Assembly (NCBI GenBank): GCA_030704615.1
Contig: CM060731.1
Coordinates: 18,786,001-18,850,000 of the forward strand
Length of the DNA: 64,000 nucleotides
Origin: Takakia lepidozioides
Taxonomy: Eukaryota > Plantae > Bryophyta
Direction: 5' to 3'
Shown: positions 12,978 to 26,916 of the stretch, piece by piece
Layout: each line of letters begins with the position of its first letter
Position numbering within the stretch: the stretch's first letter is position 1
Made by a program: the position numbers and the translations under genes
Notes under the pieces: model-generated
What the model was told of the DNA's origin: nothing
Seen by the model: only the letters and a program-made list of their open reading frames with translations
Databases searched by the model: none

Positions 12978-13765
12978 TAGTTTTGAGAAGAGACTTCATG
13001 GATCCAGTCCACCATGGATGTCTTCCTAGAAAGGGTTTTCAGAGTAGACTAGGGGAATGTAAGGCCGCTGGTGGCACACTTACGATACGTGAAACGCCTT
13101 CCTACAGTGTGGAATTGCTATAAGCGTCTACTGAAGAGGAAAAAGTGCTAGCAACGTGAGACGGTGTTACAGAGGGGGCCAAAATTCTGAGCCGTGAAGA
13201 ACTAGTCCACCATTGAACAGCTGAAGAACTGCAGTGGAGAGTGCACCGAAAGTTTTGCAATATGAGGAAGAAAGAAAGATGCACTTGCGGATGATCAGAA
13301 ATAAGGAACGTAGATTAGAGACTCGTGAAACGTGACTTCAGAGAGTAACCTCCCACTCTGAGGGAAGGCTATCTAAGACATCCTGTCCTTCCATGCTCAT
13401 AAGACCTCCAAGGTGAATTCTCTTTTTACGGAGTGGAGATGCATGCTCAATGCCATTCATGTCCCTGCAATAACAGGAGACATTTCGAACCTATGGTGGT
13501 TCCGATAGACGGGTTACAATGGCAAAAACGGCCAGTGGAATGAAGCCCCAACGTTGATGTAGTTCTCTGTGGTGTAAAGGGAGGAAGCCTCCGATGGCAG
13601 CTGCAAATCTGAAAATTCGTACTCTCCACACAACCCATGCAACATTTGTACTCTCGATATCCTTTCGTCATCCAAGCAATATGTCAATCTCTTGCCTTCT
13701 TCCAGGAAACCAAGACTCACAGGGGCCATGGCAAGGATGCAGATGAGAAGAAGCAAGAGCTTCAT
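12978..13765 (-). CDS. Possible small secreted protein with short exons (uncertain model)
   Basis: ORF 13765-13514 starts with a signal-peptide-like MKLLLLLICILAMAPVSLG. Plausible GT-AG junctions continue to short exons (DMNGIEHA...SEWE, LFNGG...WPPL, KAFHVS). No family recognised. Confidence 0.3.
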
Positions 13766-14067
13766 GACAACTCACTGGTGGAACTATGCAGTAACAATAT
13801 TATTGCAGCACTATTCCTTCATCCTAGATGTTAGTCTAAGCCTCACTTCATGTTAATTTTCAACATGGCTGAAGCCAACATCACTGGTACTTCAGCACGA
13901 CAGCACCAACAAGGTACCTTCCTCTCTGTCAGGAAGAAAAAGAATTGGGCAAAAGCACAATGACAGGCCATAGTGAGGCAAGAGCATTTGCCCAAGAGGG
14001 GAGCTTAGGAAGAGACAGCGCCAGACGAGTCCTGCTTACTATAGGCAGTCCCCTACCTCTGTACTTT

Positions 14068-17000
14068 TCATATCACACAACAGATAGATTCCTTGTGGAA
14101 GCTTGGGAGTTTAGCTGATTGTAATGCACGTCTCTGATGTCGTTTTTGACTTCCAAGATAGGTGTCGCACGCACACTCATTGCAATCATCCACATAATCA
14201 GATTTTGCACCTGCTACACCTTGCTGGTATGGAGGATTGCTGAGTGGTCTTACTGGAAAGCAACGAGACCTCACAAACAAGGTTGAAAAAGATAATAAGA
14301 ATCCTTGAGCATTGGCTGTAGCCACTGATCAGACACCCACTTGCGTGGCCTTCACACCTGATGGCAGAGCCTGACACAAGAATTTCAAAACTTCATGAAG
14401 ATGGAGCTCACCAATGTATAGAAATCCATTCAACCAGGAATAAGTGGGACCGCAAATAGGAATCATCTTTCACCTCCTTGCCTCAAAAGGTGTACAAATT
14501 TTTCTAACTAACCTCCACTTGTTCTCAATGTGGCTTCTGAATTGTGAGAAATATTACTGATGATCAGAAACAGAATGGGCATTGGTACAGCCTACACACT
14601 GATCTCGATTTGTAGCAAGTGGCATTGTCTGTCACATTGTTAATATAGTAACAGGACAAACCAAATGGTGGCATTTGCAGGGCATTTCTTAAATGACCAC
14701 ATGCCTGAGCATCCTTGCAGCCTACGAACCTTAGCAAAGATCCATGTCTTCACCTGCATGGCTCAAGAAGATGGTCCCGGATTCACACCAACCAGCTAGC
14801 ACATCTGAATTCCAACACTGTTGTAAAGAAAATGCACAGTCAGATAGGTAGAAAGAATGACAGAGGTTAGATCAAATACAAATACAGGGTCCCTTTCCTC
14901 CGTCAAGCAATTGATTTCCAATCTCCACTAACCTAAACCCAAATTTCAATATCAACTACCAGACATGGGAGCCAGAACGCAGACAAAGATTGCAAAAGCC
15001 TTGTCACCAAAGATGCTAACCAATTTTGCACAAAGCCAAAAAGGAGGAGGAAGGGAGAGGGAGGAGGAAGATAGGAATGTGTTTGTTACAGCAAATGACC
15101 ATGTACCTGCTCTGAACACAGCAGCAAAGGGTTACAAATGGGGGGGGAGAGCATGTAGCCGACGTGGACGAGATAGGGGTGAGAGGAGAAAGGTAGCACA
15201 TACTTTGTCCACCCCAAGCCAGCGTGAGTCTCCACGAAATGCAAAGGCCTGCGTATTGCTACCGCCAGTGTTTTCTCTATTCCATGGTCCACAAACCACC
15301 TGAATTTTCCAAAGCACATCCCAATTTTACATTCTGAACTGGGTATGTAACTTAGATGACACCCCAACTTCACCACTGCCTACCTACTGAGGTCAACTCT
15401 GCAATGAAAGAGAACACTCAACCCTACGATGGCTGAAATACTCTCCATAAACGAAACTTTACATTCAGTAAGGAGGCTCAGTTCTGTGTCAAGACTTATT
15501 TCTTGAGCTGTCGTAAATGTTATCTCTGGGGGCAGTGTCACAGGCAATCGTATCCACATGTGGGTGTGTGTTTTTTCCTGGATGTAATAAAAGACATCAC
15601 GGCTCTGATTTGCATTCACAGGTAGAAGTAACAAAATTTATTCTCTCAACACTGTATCCAAGAGGGTACTACAGAGTACCATACCTCATAGTCTATGCCA
15701 TTGACATAGATAAAGCTCGGATCAACAGAAGAGAAAGCAAGTCCAGTTACCTGATCAGTACAAAGTTCAGTAAGTAATCACATGATTCTGCCTGCAGAAG
15801 AATAGTCATAGCACAATAATTAAACAATCAAAAGCATTATACTTGCAGGGAATCCGGATTTTATGTTCCATTCGAACTGGGTTTGTGCAAGAGAGCGTCT
15901 TTGTTGTGGATAGCCAGCATCCCATTCAATTCCATAATATGCGCAAAGTGAATGAGCAGGTGCCCACCCTATTCACTCATGAAGATGAGCTGCAGGCTAA
16001 AGTGTCTCCCACAGTTCAATTTAAAGAGGTTAAAACTAATACCGATGACTCGGGAGGAAAAATCTTTTGTTAACTACAAGAGTGGCAAAGATTCTTATGA
16101 TGAGGGTGATGACAGGACCAGAGAAACACAATGGGTAGATGACGAGGATGCTCAAGGCCGAATACAAAAGGATGGGATGCTTTCATGCACAACCAGCTGG
16201 TTGTCTCATGTTTGGCATGGCCCATATATTCTACATTAAGACGATCATTCAGGGGGAGCTTCAAAGGTGTATTACGAGTGCTGGCAACCTGAGGAGAATG
16301 GAATTGGGGTGTGGCATTCCTGTGAGTAGATTGAATCAGATATCCCACCACAAACCCTGAGTTTCCAAGTTAGACACCAGCTGCAGAGAGGGGCGCCCTT
16401 GCAGAAGGGGGAATCCATGATTGACCTTTTATAGTTCACGTATTACCAGCTACTGGTTCCCCTTGGGAGCTTATGAGCTTCTCTTTTGACAAATATCTGT
16501 GAGGAAAATGCCCTAAAGCCACTCTTTGCAGCAATGGACAGAAACTGCAGGAGTGCATCCAGTCCTCAAACTTGCGGACACTCATGGTTCCTTTTGCCAG
16601 AGAATGCCTGCATCTTAAGCAATGATAAACTCACCTCGTACTTTAGGCAACCAGTCCATCGAGCCCTTGCTGTCCACCTGAAAGCACAATGCATAACAGA
16701 TCCATCCAGGACTGATGGTTAATAGCCACAACTAATTGTTGCCAGCATAGTTCAGCTGCACCGTGCGTAAACCTTCCTTTACCCTAGCACAAAGACCTCA
16801 CTTGAGGGTCAGTCCCTTGCTGTCACTTGCCACATCATTGATTTCATTCATCCAACCCTCAAAAGCTACAAGGAATTAAATAGGCAAGGGCCTCTGAAGT
16901 CTGCTCAATTCCAGCTTGTGACAATCAACCTACCATCTGCATTTCACCAACAAAGTTCTGCACCTGCTAATGGTCCAGCATGAGGGTAGTAGTTTCAGGA

Positions 17001-20000
17001 GGCAGGCTCACTGACTTGAGAGGATCGAATACGGCAATCGTTCGCTCAGCCCCACCAGTGGCTACGAGTCCCTCTGACGAACTACACACAGCATATAATG
17101 GATCTCCTGCAAAGGCACCCAGAAGTCGTTGCACACAGCCACCTCGCTCCCCTGCCCGGAGGTCCCAAATGGACAACTGCAAAATGAAGGTGCTCCCCAA
17201 AACTCATCCACTGTTTACTTCTCCCTCCTTTTCCTCAGTCCATGAATTGATCACAATAGTGGCATTACGACCTAACTAGAGTGCCAATGCAACAAATCTC
17301 TCACGGCAGTCATGACAGAGTGTCCCAACGCTTGTTGTGCACAAACACATCCATTGTGTAGAACAGGGTCAGTCGCAAAACTAGCCATAGTTGAAACATA
17401 TTATGATGGTCTGCAACAACTCCCTCACACCTCTCAACCAACTTCAACAAGATTGTTTCAGTGAAGTACTCCACACACCTTAGGGCCCTCGGTGACCGCC
17501 AATATCGGAGATGGGCTATCACTAAAACCAGGACCGCGTAAGAATGCCAAGGCAGTGGGGTGCTGGAGCCTGTCATGCCCGATCCAGCTGCTTAACAACC
17601 TCTATTCTTCTCTCAGTCTATCTCATGCACACTCTCACTTTTTCACACCCAACCCTTGCCTTTGCCACTACTCTATGCTGTTTACATTTCTTAGGAATTG
17701 TGAGCTCAGAGAGCAAGCAGAGGGCAGGCGCGAAGACATAGGGAGCGACAAAAAGCTTACCAAACTTACGTGCGCAGAGTGCGAACATGAATGTCCTTGT
17801 CATATAGATCAATGCATTTTGCCATTCCTCGTGCCACAGCTGCCTGTGCAGCAATGTGTTAATTAATTGTTAATCTCTCTTTTCATTAAATTTGACATGG
17901 CTTCAAACGCAATACTAGTAACAGAGTGAGATGAAGTTGTTAGTTTGTTCAAGCAGTGTTTTTCCTTGAAGAGGTTGCCTACAATCTTTTAAAACCCTGC
18001 AGAACCGTCTTGGAAGCCGTCAGAAACAGGACAACCAACACACTTTATTCTATCTATCACGCACACATCTCCTTGTCAGGCATTGTCACCAGGTTTTCGA
18101 GTAGCCACATGCATCTTATCAGGAACACAAGTTTGTTCTAACAAATCCTCACAATGGGGCTGATTGCACATAGACAATTTTCATGTTCAGGAACAACTTC
18201 AATAGACTGAAAATGATAACAGAGATACAATTGGGTAAACCATACTAAAGTAGGTTGACTTGGGCTGAATGCAATGCCTGCCCACCAACCCTCCCCCACC
18301 CCCGCATCCTGAGGAATTGCTGTGTATGAAGCTCCTGCACCATTGCAGAGTAAGCCAAACACACCGTTGAAGGCAAGCCTTTACTTTGAAACAAAGGAAA
18401 AGAATTCCCCCACCATCACTACTTGATTGTCACCAGCCCAGCGATGCTAAGTTTCCCTTTCCGTGTATGACCTCATACCTTACCAATCGAATTCTCTTTC
18501 AGGATACTGAACCCCAGGCCCAAACTAGTGTATGTTCAAAGTATGGACATGCCCCTACTTTATCAGCTTCAATTGAAGTTATGATCCATCATGGGCTTCA
18601 TTGGGAAAATGAAGAACATGGAATAGGATCAACCAATTCAATCTTGCTGGCTTTGAACTATTAGGAATTTTGAAGGAATGTTCATAATGTTTTCCAGATA
18701 CTCCTGATTTCCAAGTCAATCCTGGACCAGGTGACCAATCAGCCCACACCAGCATCACAACCATAAAAAGGCAGCTTATGGGATTGCTTGCACATGAAAA
18801 ACCTACAAGTAAAGGGCTGTTAGTACCTTCACTGTTAGAGTCCAGAGTTGCAACAACCAGGCGTCCGTAAGAGTCAACCGAACCTAGTAAAAGGCCTCCA
18901 TCAGCTGCACTAGCAAATTGCCAGAGCCGAAAGGTCAAATACAAATATGAAAAACATGATAAAGGTAAAAAAACCAGGCTCACACAGGTCAATATGCGTT
19001 TCTCAGATATTAAGAAAAAACGTTGGAGCCGCATCAGTCTTAGAACAAATTTGCAAAGACATCTACCTTCAGATTTTCCCTTCTTTCGTACATCTGTGTT
19101 GATGTGTGTAAGGGTTTTGACGGTTTGCAGGTTTGCAGGTGAATGTGAAGGGTGGTGCTGTGAAAGGTTTGACAGACCCAGGGGAGTTGAATATAAAGAA
19201 TCAAGCCAATTACAGTTCTGAACCAATGCTCCCTAGCTCAAGGTGTGCCTTTCGCCAGAGGCCAAAGTAATGGAGCTTGTAATGCCACATGGAACTATCT
19301 CAGATGGTCTTTGTCTGGAATAGCTTGCATTCAAAGCACAGTATCATGATTGAAGGGTTCAAGTTATAAAAGTTAAGAGAGATTAAAGTTGGCTAACAAA
19401 CCACCACTACCAGCTGATGCACATCAGAAAAAAAGAAAAAGTTTTTAAAACAGGGCACTCACAGGAAGATGCTGAAAGAGAGATGCTCTGTATCTCAGCT
19501 CGGTGTGGGCACTGCTCCAACTGCCATGCCCCTGCCACCTGAGAACCCCAAGTTATTCAATTGAGGATCGATCACAAATTGCCCTGTAATTTGAATAGGG
19601 TCAGTAACAAGCATTTGGGTTGCACGATAGTGTAGACCCTCGCCCAAAAACCTCCCCTCAATCATTAGGTTTTACAGAACCCAAGTAGATCAAGACTGCT
19701 GCAGCAAAGATATGTTTAGCAATCCCCGACAAGATAGGATATCCGAATAGATTCACCCACACTACTTTTACAACTGGAACCTTCACATGTCCAACCCCAG
19801 TCTATTGTTTTATGACCAAAAAGTTTTATGTTTGCTCACGACATTATACAGAGGAAGGCATACACCAATGGGCGAGCCTAGTAAACTCTGAACTTGCATT
19901 TGAGAGGTAGCCAAAGATAAACTGAGATAGTAAAATCTATGGTAAAGAAGAGTTTTAAGAGATGAAAACAAACACACTAGGATAAAACATCCAGGAAAAT

Positions 20001-21142
20001 CCCGTAGAAGACAATAAAAATATCATAACTTAAGAGTCAATCTACGAGTACTACAGATCAACTTAATCGTGTATAACAATGAGCAGCTGTTGTAACTCCC
20101 AACTGACTTCATAGTTCCCAACAAAGGGTGCAGACATATTGGGTTTCTGTGTCAACATGGGAAGATTCAGTCAAGACATAGTTTTAGCATTCAATACATT
20201 GAGACCCCAGATTTCAACACAGAAAGAGGGAGAGAGACACACTTGAGCATCTGCAGGAACAAGTAAACCCTCCTTGCCTCCATCAATCTTGTTCTCAATT
20301 ATCTCCATCTGCAGTTGATCCTTTAAATTCTCAAATTTGCTGAATGAGCTAGCTATAACCTTAACACAAGAGCTCGCATTACAATAAAAACAATGAGAAC
20401 TGTCTAGTTGCATTGGCTACAGATTTCGAGTCCACAGAATATAAATTCCACACTGATAAACCACAAAATTTATTTTTTTGCATTAGATCAAGCCCAACCA
20501 CTAATCTAATTGACTTATTTGCTGCCAACCAAAAATATCAAGAACAGTTCCTTTAACACGTAACTACAAAATTCGAATGTGAGTAACATCAGAGGGCCTT
20601 GTAAGAAAGTGTGTCTAAGTGAAGAGAGGGCGAGGCAAATGTACCTTGACACAGTAGACATGCACACCTGACGCCAAATACGTATCACAAACACCTCCAT
20701 TGTCTGTAACCTAACCCCCTAAATACATAAGGATTCAGAGACCTGTGATGGCACACTTATGGCCGGAAATATGGGCAGACATGGTGTTCAGCCTGGAATC
20801 TGATAGGCAATAGTTTCCACTAGAACTACTCATGCCAGACATTACAGACGTAGCTCAAATTGCTCAAGCTAGTTGGTCGATCGAGTAAAATTGACAAGCA
20901 AAATGCAGTTAAGGGCAAACAGGTGATCAGACTATGGAATTCACGATTTGCGAAAAGCTCCAGACTTGCGGCACTAAGCGCTTACACTAAAGCATCACAC
21001 GCTTGCCACATTGTTAAAGAAAAGTGGAGAAAAGGGTACGCACATGCGCTGCAACACGACGGGAGTGAAAAGACGCCGGCGACGGCTCACAAAAAAGCTT
21101 ATGCGGCGATGAAGCCCGTTGCAGCGAGCGCACACGCACCAT
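14068..21142 (-). CDS. Conserved uncharacterised plant WD40/transducin-like protein (~14 exons)
   Basis: Exon 1 is 21142-21044 (MVRVRSLQ...VAAH). Later exons: 20710-20645, 20308-20243, 19538-19463 (CPHRAEIQSI), 18904-18827 (GSVDSYG), 18334-18246 (GEGWWAGIAFSP), then CIDLYDKDIHVRTLR, ILAVTEG, LSIWDLRAGERGGC..., WTARARWTGCLKYE, VTGLAFSS, FRGDSRWLG, DVLAGWCESG. The last exon (to 14068) is less certain. Confidence 0.88.
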
Positions 21143-21443
21143 CTCTTCCTCTGTCCACTTCGCTCTCTGTAAAACCAATTCTCCCACACGTCTTCGTTTG
21201 CAGACAGAACCCAGTCTCTCAAACTCCCCTGCAGATTGAGAAGGGTCGATTCTGAGATTTCGCTAGGGCTTTCGGGTCAGGGTTTAACTCTTCAGCCCTG
21301 ATCCCAAGATCTGCCCGCCTCAAAAATGAGAGATTTAGCACTGCCAAGAATGTTCTATGAATGTTGTGAATATATTTTTGAGGTCTGACCGTATTTCCCT
21401 AATCGGGCTGGGTTGGGGGGAGGAAGAGGGCCTGTGTAGAGCT
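21143..21443. promoter_or_regulatory. Probable bidirectional promoter shared by the WD40 gene and mS34
   Basis: Only 301 bp separate the divergent ATGs at 21142 (-) and 21444 (+). Confidence 0.7.
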
Positions 21444-22899
21444 ATGGCGACGGTGCTGTGGCGTCGGGCGCTGTCAACAGCTGCCGATGGAGCAGCGACG
21501 GCTGTGAAGAATGGCGGGGGGAATCGGCACAAGAAGAAGAATTTGTTTGATGTGGCCAAGTTGCTGCCGAACTGGGGAGTGGGGCGCAAGGTGGCTAAGT
21601 CGCATTGGAATCCTCAGACCTTTTATGAAATCACGGATATCAAGCTCAAGAAGGTATTTGATCTTTACGTTGTTAGCACAGAAACCCATGTTGGTGCGCT
21701 CGTTCAATACAGGAAGACCGATTGAGATTTTCAGTCAACCTTTGTCGAATCTGAGTCTCAAGGTATTCGTTTTCGTCGTTCTTCGCAAGCAGTCCATTTT
21801 GGCACACTGAATTTCATAAGCTCAAATGAGGAAGACCCCTGTAAGAGAAGTTATTTTCTATCATATCACAGAATCTCTTCCTCGTACTTCTTGTTCGCTA
21901 TCGATAAGTCTAGATCCATGCGGGAAGATTGTTGTACGATTATACTCAAAACTTCTACCTGGTTTCTTCAGTTAGTGCTCTTCAAGTAGTGCTGGCGGAG
22001 CAATCCCTCTCGTCGCCTCAGGGGTTATGTAGCGTTGGAGGATCAGCATTTGGATGATAGTGCTTACGAGCGAGCATTCTGATATCCATTGCGTGTACTT
22101 CATCTATTTGGACTGAGAATGTGTGCGGCTGAACACTCAATCAGTTATTATATTATTATCTGTGTCTGGCAAATGACCATAATTTTGGTATACATCCTGA
22201 GGAGTCAAAAAAATGGAACTGGGGTTTAGGGTTTACCTCATGTGACCTACGTGATAGAATTTCAGCCTCCATTGTCTACTTGCAGGATGCAGGACATGGT
22301 GTTGCATGGGGAGTTTATCATGAGGCAGGCAAGTACTTGTGGCCTTTTGAAATTTTGGCCTTGTGTTTTGAGGACAGATACTCTCTCATCGTCTGGTATG
22401 GTGGAACTCGAGTGGGCACCTCCATAGTGTCTCTCAGTCACTGACTTCGATTCAGCACAATATTCTTAGTCAGGATTTTGAAGCTCCACTGACCTACAAG
22501 CTGGATGGCTGCTTTTGGTAGGCATTTGCATAGGGATTTGTGTACTTTGATGAACTTGTATTAGATCCTTACCTCCGTTTTGGGCTTTCCATAGAAGCTG
22601 TTGTTTTCTGTACCTTTTCAAAGTAGTGTAACCTTTATTTAAAAGCATGAACCTCAGCCAGTGTTTGAAGTATGGGAAAGCCCAATTGTAAAGTTGCATT
22701 AAAACTATGTGTATGATGGCTGGACACAAAAGGTACTGCTTGGTCTATTACAAGTGCAAAGTACTCGTGGATATAATCCAACTGTGAGGCTCCTTGTACA
22801 GGTGAGCAGGCTGGAAAGGTGCAGAGGATTGGTGGTGCAAACAAGCGGTGTTGGAAGTACATAGAGGAGGAGGTTGCACAACCTTGGCAAACTGTATGA
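21444..22899 (+). CDS. mS34: Mitochondrial ribosomal small subunit protein mS34, 116 aa
   Basis: Exons 21444-21653, 22286-22328 (GC donor) and 22802-22899. Presequence-like MATVLWRRALST; motifs KKNLFDVAKLLPNWGVG..VAKSHW, HGVAWG, KRCWKYI. Confidence 0.88.
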
Positions 22900-23814
22900 G
22901 GATTTCAGAAATTTTATGAGCAAGTATGATGGGCACATTGGCTCAATGGCAAGCTTTTGGCACTGGTTTGTGGGAACTTGCAGGCTCACCACTGACACTG
23001 GCAGAATCTTACGTGGCATGCTGGGGGTGGGCTCGAACAGTATGAATGTTGCTGAAGAGATTAAGAGGCACCTTTGCTGGTCGCCATCAGGCATTTGTTT
23101 CAAAGGCTGGGTGTCCTGGTGCAGAGAAGACATTAACAGTGTGGAGTGACCACACTCCTAGAGCTTTGCATTCAGTCAATCAGCATGTTCTTTATGTACA
23201 TGTACCAAACTGAGCAAGATGATTGGGATATGCAGACTCTTTACAAATGTGATAACAGGGAAGATTTGATTTTTTCCCAGTGGTGTGTGTGGATCAGCAT
23301 GCAGAAGCTTGTGGAGGCCAGCCATAGATTGTGGCTTCAGTCAAGTGGGCTTTGCATTCTGGTAGCTTTTTTTGATAACAGCACATTCTGAAGTGTGGCA
23401 GACAAGAACAGGAACGATTCCAGTTATTCTGTTCCCAAAGTGTTCCCCCAGGTGTTCTCTGAGAAAATTAAGCACATGCACTTCTGGAAGATAATGTGTG
23501 CAAATGTTGATGTGATAAAGCTTTTGATTAAATTTTGCAAAAGTTTCAAACGACCATATGAAATGTTATTGCATAGTTTCAAACATGCCACACAAGAGGC
23601 GTGGTGTCCAATGGCGATAACTGAGGTGGTCCAGATGCAATCACCGCACTCTTCTCTTCTCTTAACGGTACGAAGGCCTCTATCCAGGCTTGTTGTACCC
23701 GTCCATCAGCAGCCTGCTGCAAATCCTTGCTCGTATCCCATAATGGAGTATGAGCAACCATGGCAGGAATGTGATCTATTATAACACTCATGAATTGAAG
23801 ATAGGTCAGTTTTG

Positions 23815-26130
23815 ATATCTGGAAAGGACAGGGCTCCATATCCGCCTCCATGAGGCCTAAACCTGCAATAGCAGCTCTGCCCAACATCAGTGGCTGAGCT
23901 CCTGAGTCCAACAAGACCCGGAGTGGCCGGTACTTCTTGCCTGCCGGTCCACTCAAAGTGAAAATGCCTCTCTGGTTGTCTAACAAGACAACTCCAGGTG
24001 TCACCATGGCGCGCTCAAAGGCTGGCCTAGCTGGCAGCTCCGTCAACCTGGCAGTTGCAGCTTGCCATGGCGCAGCCATGGCAGTCTTGACCCTCAAATC
24101 CGAGGATCCCTCTGCCACTACACCTTCCAGTAACTCCGCAGAAGATGAAGTGACATCCCCACTCTCGCAGAATGTTGCTGCTAGTCTGAACACTGCAGCT
24201 GGTCTTACACCCGGCGTCGCAATCATGGTTGCCGAGAACAGTGGGGCTTGACACACAGAGGTGGTTGCCCCCAATAACACACCGGCTGGACTAGCCTTGG
24301 TAGCAGGTGTCAGTGCTACACGTGTAGCTCTCCCCAATGGCATAGTAATCTTCGCCTCGGTAACAGTCGGGCGAGAACTAGGTGCCATGGATGGCGTCGA
24401 CACTGTCTCCGCCAATGTGAATGACTGAGGAAGCCTCGCCTGATAGCTTGCCTCCCCACGCTGTGGATCCAATTCCACCTCGTGGCTCAGGAACTCGTGC
24501 TGCTCCTCGAGTCACGGCTGCAGCAGACTCCACCTGCACTAGTGGTAGTGCTGCTCCGCACATGAATCCCATGCCTCCCATATCTCCTCCCTCAGTAGCA
24601 GGAGGTGGACCATCCCGCCTAGGAGCCGGTACCACCTGAGCTGTAGCCATGGCAGCGAGCCTCTGCTCTAGCTGCTGAAGCCGGTTGGTCATGTCTTGGT
24701 CAACACCATGACCTCCGCGTCCTTGGCCATGTTGAGCTTGCCCTTGGCCTGCACCTCGTGCCCGACCACCGCGTCCTCTCTGGGCTAGTCCACCTCACCC
24801 CCGGCCACCATTGTTTCCTTGGAACTGGCCTGGGCGCAACTCAGGGTGCAAGTCATAACACTGGGCATCTCCATGCCGATACTTGCCACAATGCCCACAC
24901 TGCAACTGTGCATGCTGTGCTTGTGCCGGCCTTCTGCCACTCTCTGGGCAATCTCTCTTGACATGGGGTCCTCCACATGTCCAACATATCACCCCTGGTT
25001 GTTGTTGGCCTGCAAAAGATGCCACGGGCCTCTGCACCTGTAAGCTCCATGGAACTTGGGTTGGGCGACCTTGCCCCCCTGACCACGCTGTTGGGCAGTC
25101 CCTTGTACTTGTTGGCTGGCAGCTGCACCTCGTACAGGCATGTCCTTGCCAAATCCAATGGTAACAACTCGCTCCTCCACCATGTTGAGCTCAATCCGCT
25201 CAGCCAGCAGAAACACATCCGTTAATGTGGGTTGGGCCGCTTGTAATAGGGTTGCATCCCGCACCCTTCTCTTGAGCTCCTTGTCCAAAATTCCATACCA
25301 GAACTGGACTGCCTGAGCTTCAATAACCCCTTGGGTCACACTTATCAAGCGCCTCATACGAATGTAGGCCTCTCGCAAGCTCTCACTGGATTTGCGCTGG
25401 AAGTCTTGCAAAGTTCGCAGCTTCTCTGTCCGTACACCTTGGTAGTTCCTCCGCAACTCCTAGAAGAACTCCACCACCGGGTTGAATCTAGGCACATGTG
25501 TTGTAATTGTGGCAGGAGGAGTAGTAGCACCTTTTGAACTGGTACCACCTGCAGAAGTGTCGGCACTACTTGTTCCACTACTAGTGCTTGTAGTTGGAGA
25601 TGTTTGTGTAGCTGCTGGTGTCACCGCTGCCCTTGTGCCTCTAGTGATTGAGACATAGTTAGGTGACCAATACTCTCGCCACTTCTCAATCTCCACCGCA
25701 TGTCCCCGCCTAAATTCATGGTAATCATCCATGGGCGGCCCCCTCAAGGTGCTGGAATAGCCCCTTCCACGCCATAAAGGGCGTAAACAGTTGTGGATTA
25801 CGCATTTGCTGCAAATCACACCAACTGTCAAACTCTTGTATAAAGTCATCAAGCTCGATGGTGCCCACAGCTCCAGAGTACCTACGTGGCCCCTTGGTAG
25901 CTCCATACATCTCCTCCATCGTGTCCCACAACAATGGCACGGAAATGACTTGCACCCTCGGCGAGAATCCTCCTGACTCCGAGTCTTAACCTTCCTCAGA
26001 AGACACTGAAGGTGAAAGTGGCCTAAACCACACACCTTGTCTTGTGTACCCACTAGTATCGCTGGTGCTTGTACCGGCACTCCCCTCAGCAGCTGGTGGC
26101 ACCTCCGTGATGAAAACTCACAACCCAACC
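23815..26130 (-). pseudogene. Retrotransposon gag with two zinc knuckles plus aspartic protease, frameshifted
   Basis: Capsid-like YSGAVGTIELDDFIQEFDSWCD and ELRRNYQG...LQDFQRKSSESLREAY; knuckles CWTCGGPHVKRDC and CGHCGKYRHGDAQC; protease VLLDSGAQ. In-frame TAG at 25460-25462. Similarity ends after CPFQI near 23815. Confidence 0.88.
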
Positions 26131-26916
26131 GGTTGTCAACCTGTCTCTAATCCCCACTTTCTACAAGGTAACCAGGTAAAGAACCTGTTGCGGCTACTGG
26201 TTCAAGCAGGAATAATAGGTTTCTAACCCTGGGGGGTGCACTCTTTATAAAATGTCCGTATCACGTGCGTGCGTCGCCTAATAAAAAAACCCCCCTGTAT
26301 ACGGATCCTTGGATCATTTATACCCCCTCTGTACATACATTTTGAAGATTATAAAACCCCCTCCAGTAAATATATAGAAATTTGTGATCTTTAAAAAGTA
26401 CCCCCTTCTATATGTATATTTCCCTTTTCAATCATTAAAAAATACCTCAAATATGTATATGTATATTTTTATATTATATTGACTTTATTCATTTAAGAAC
26501 AGAATACCAATGAATTAATAAAAAATATTTGTTTGCCCTCAATAAAATTATCAAAGACTTGGTGTGGAATCGTCAAGCTGATATCAAATATCTCACTCTG
26601 GAAGAAACAGATGCAGAGAGGAAAGGGACATTGTCAATACCCAATGTGCAAGAGGCTTGAAGAAAGTTTCCATTTTCTGATACACACTCCTGGGTATTTT
26701 CATCAGAGAGTGACTCTATTGAGGACCATCAAGACCTTAGTCACTGCACCTCTATTCATCAACTAGGACAGTTTCTGAACTTGTTCTACAGTTTCAACCT
26801 TCGCAAGGTCCAATTATGTTCAAAACCTATTGTTGAGAATTCCTCTCCGAAAAGATTTCATGCACCTTTGCTGCCACTGTTGGAGTCCAACCTGACTCGC
26901 AGCTGGCAAAGAATGC

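Noticed and set aside
23579-23814. Open frame continuing past the retroviral protease
   Set aside because: No RT-like or other motif. It looks like read-through into unrelated flank after truncation.
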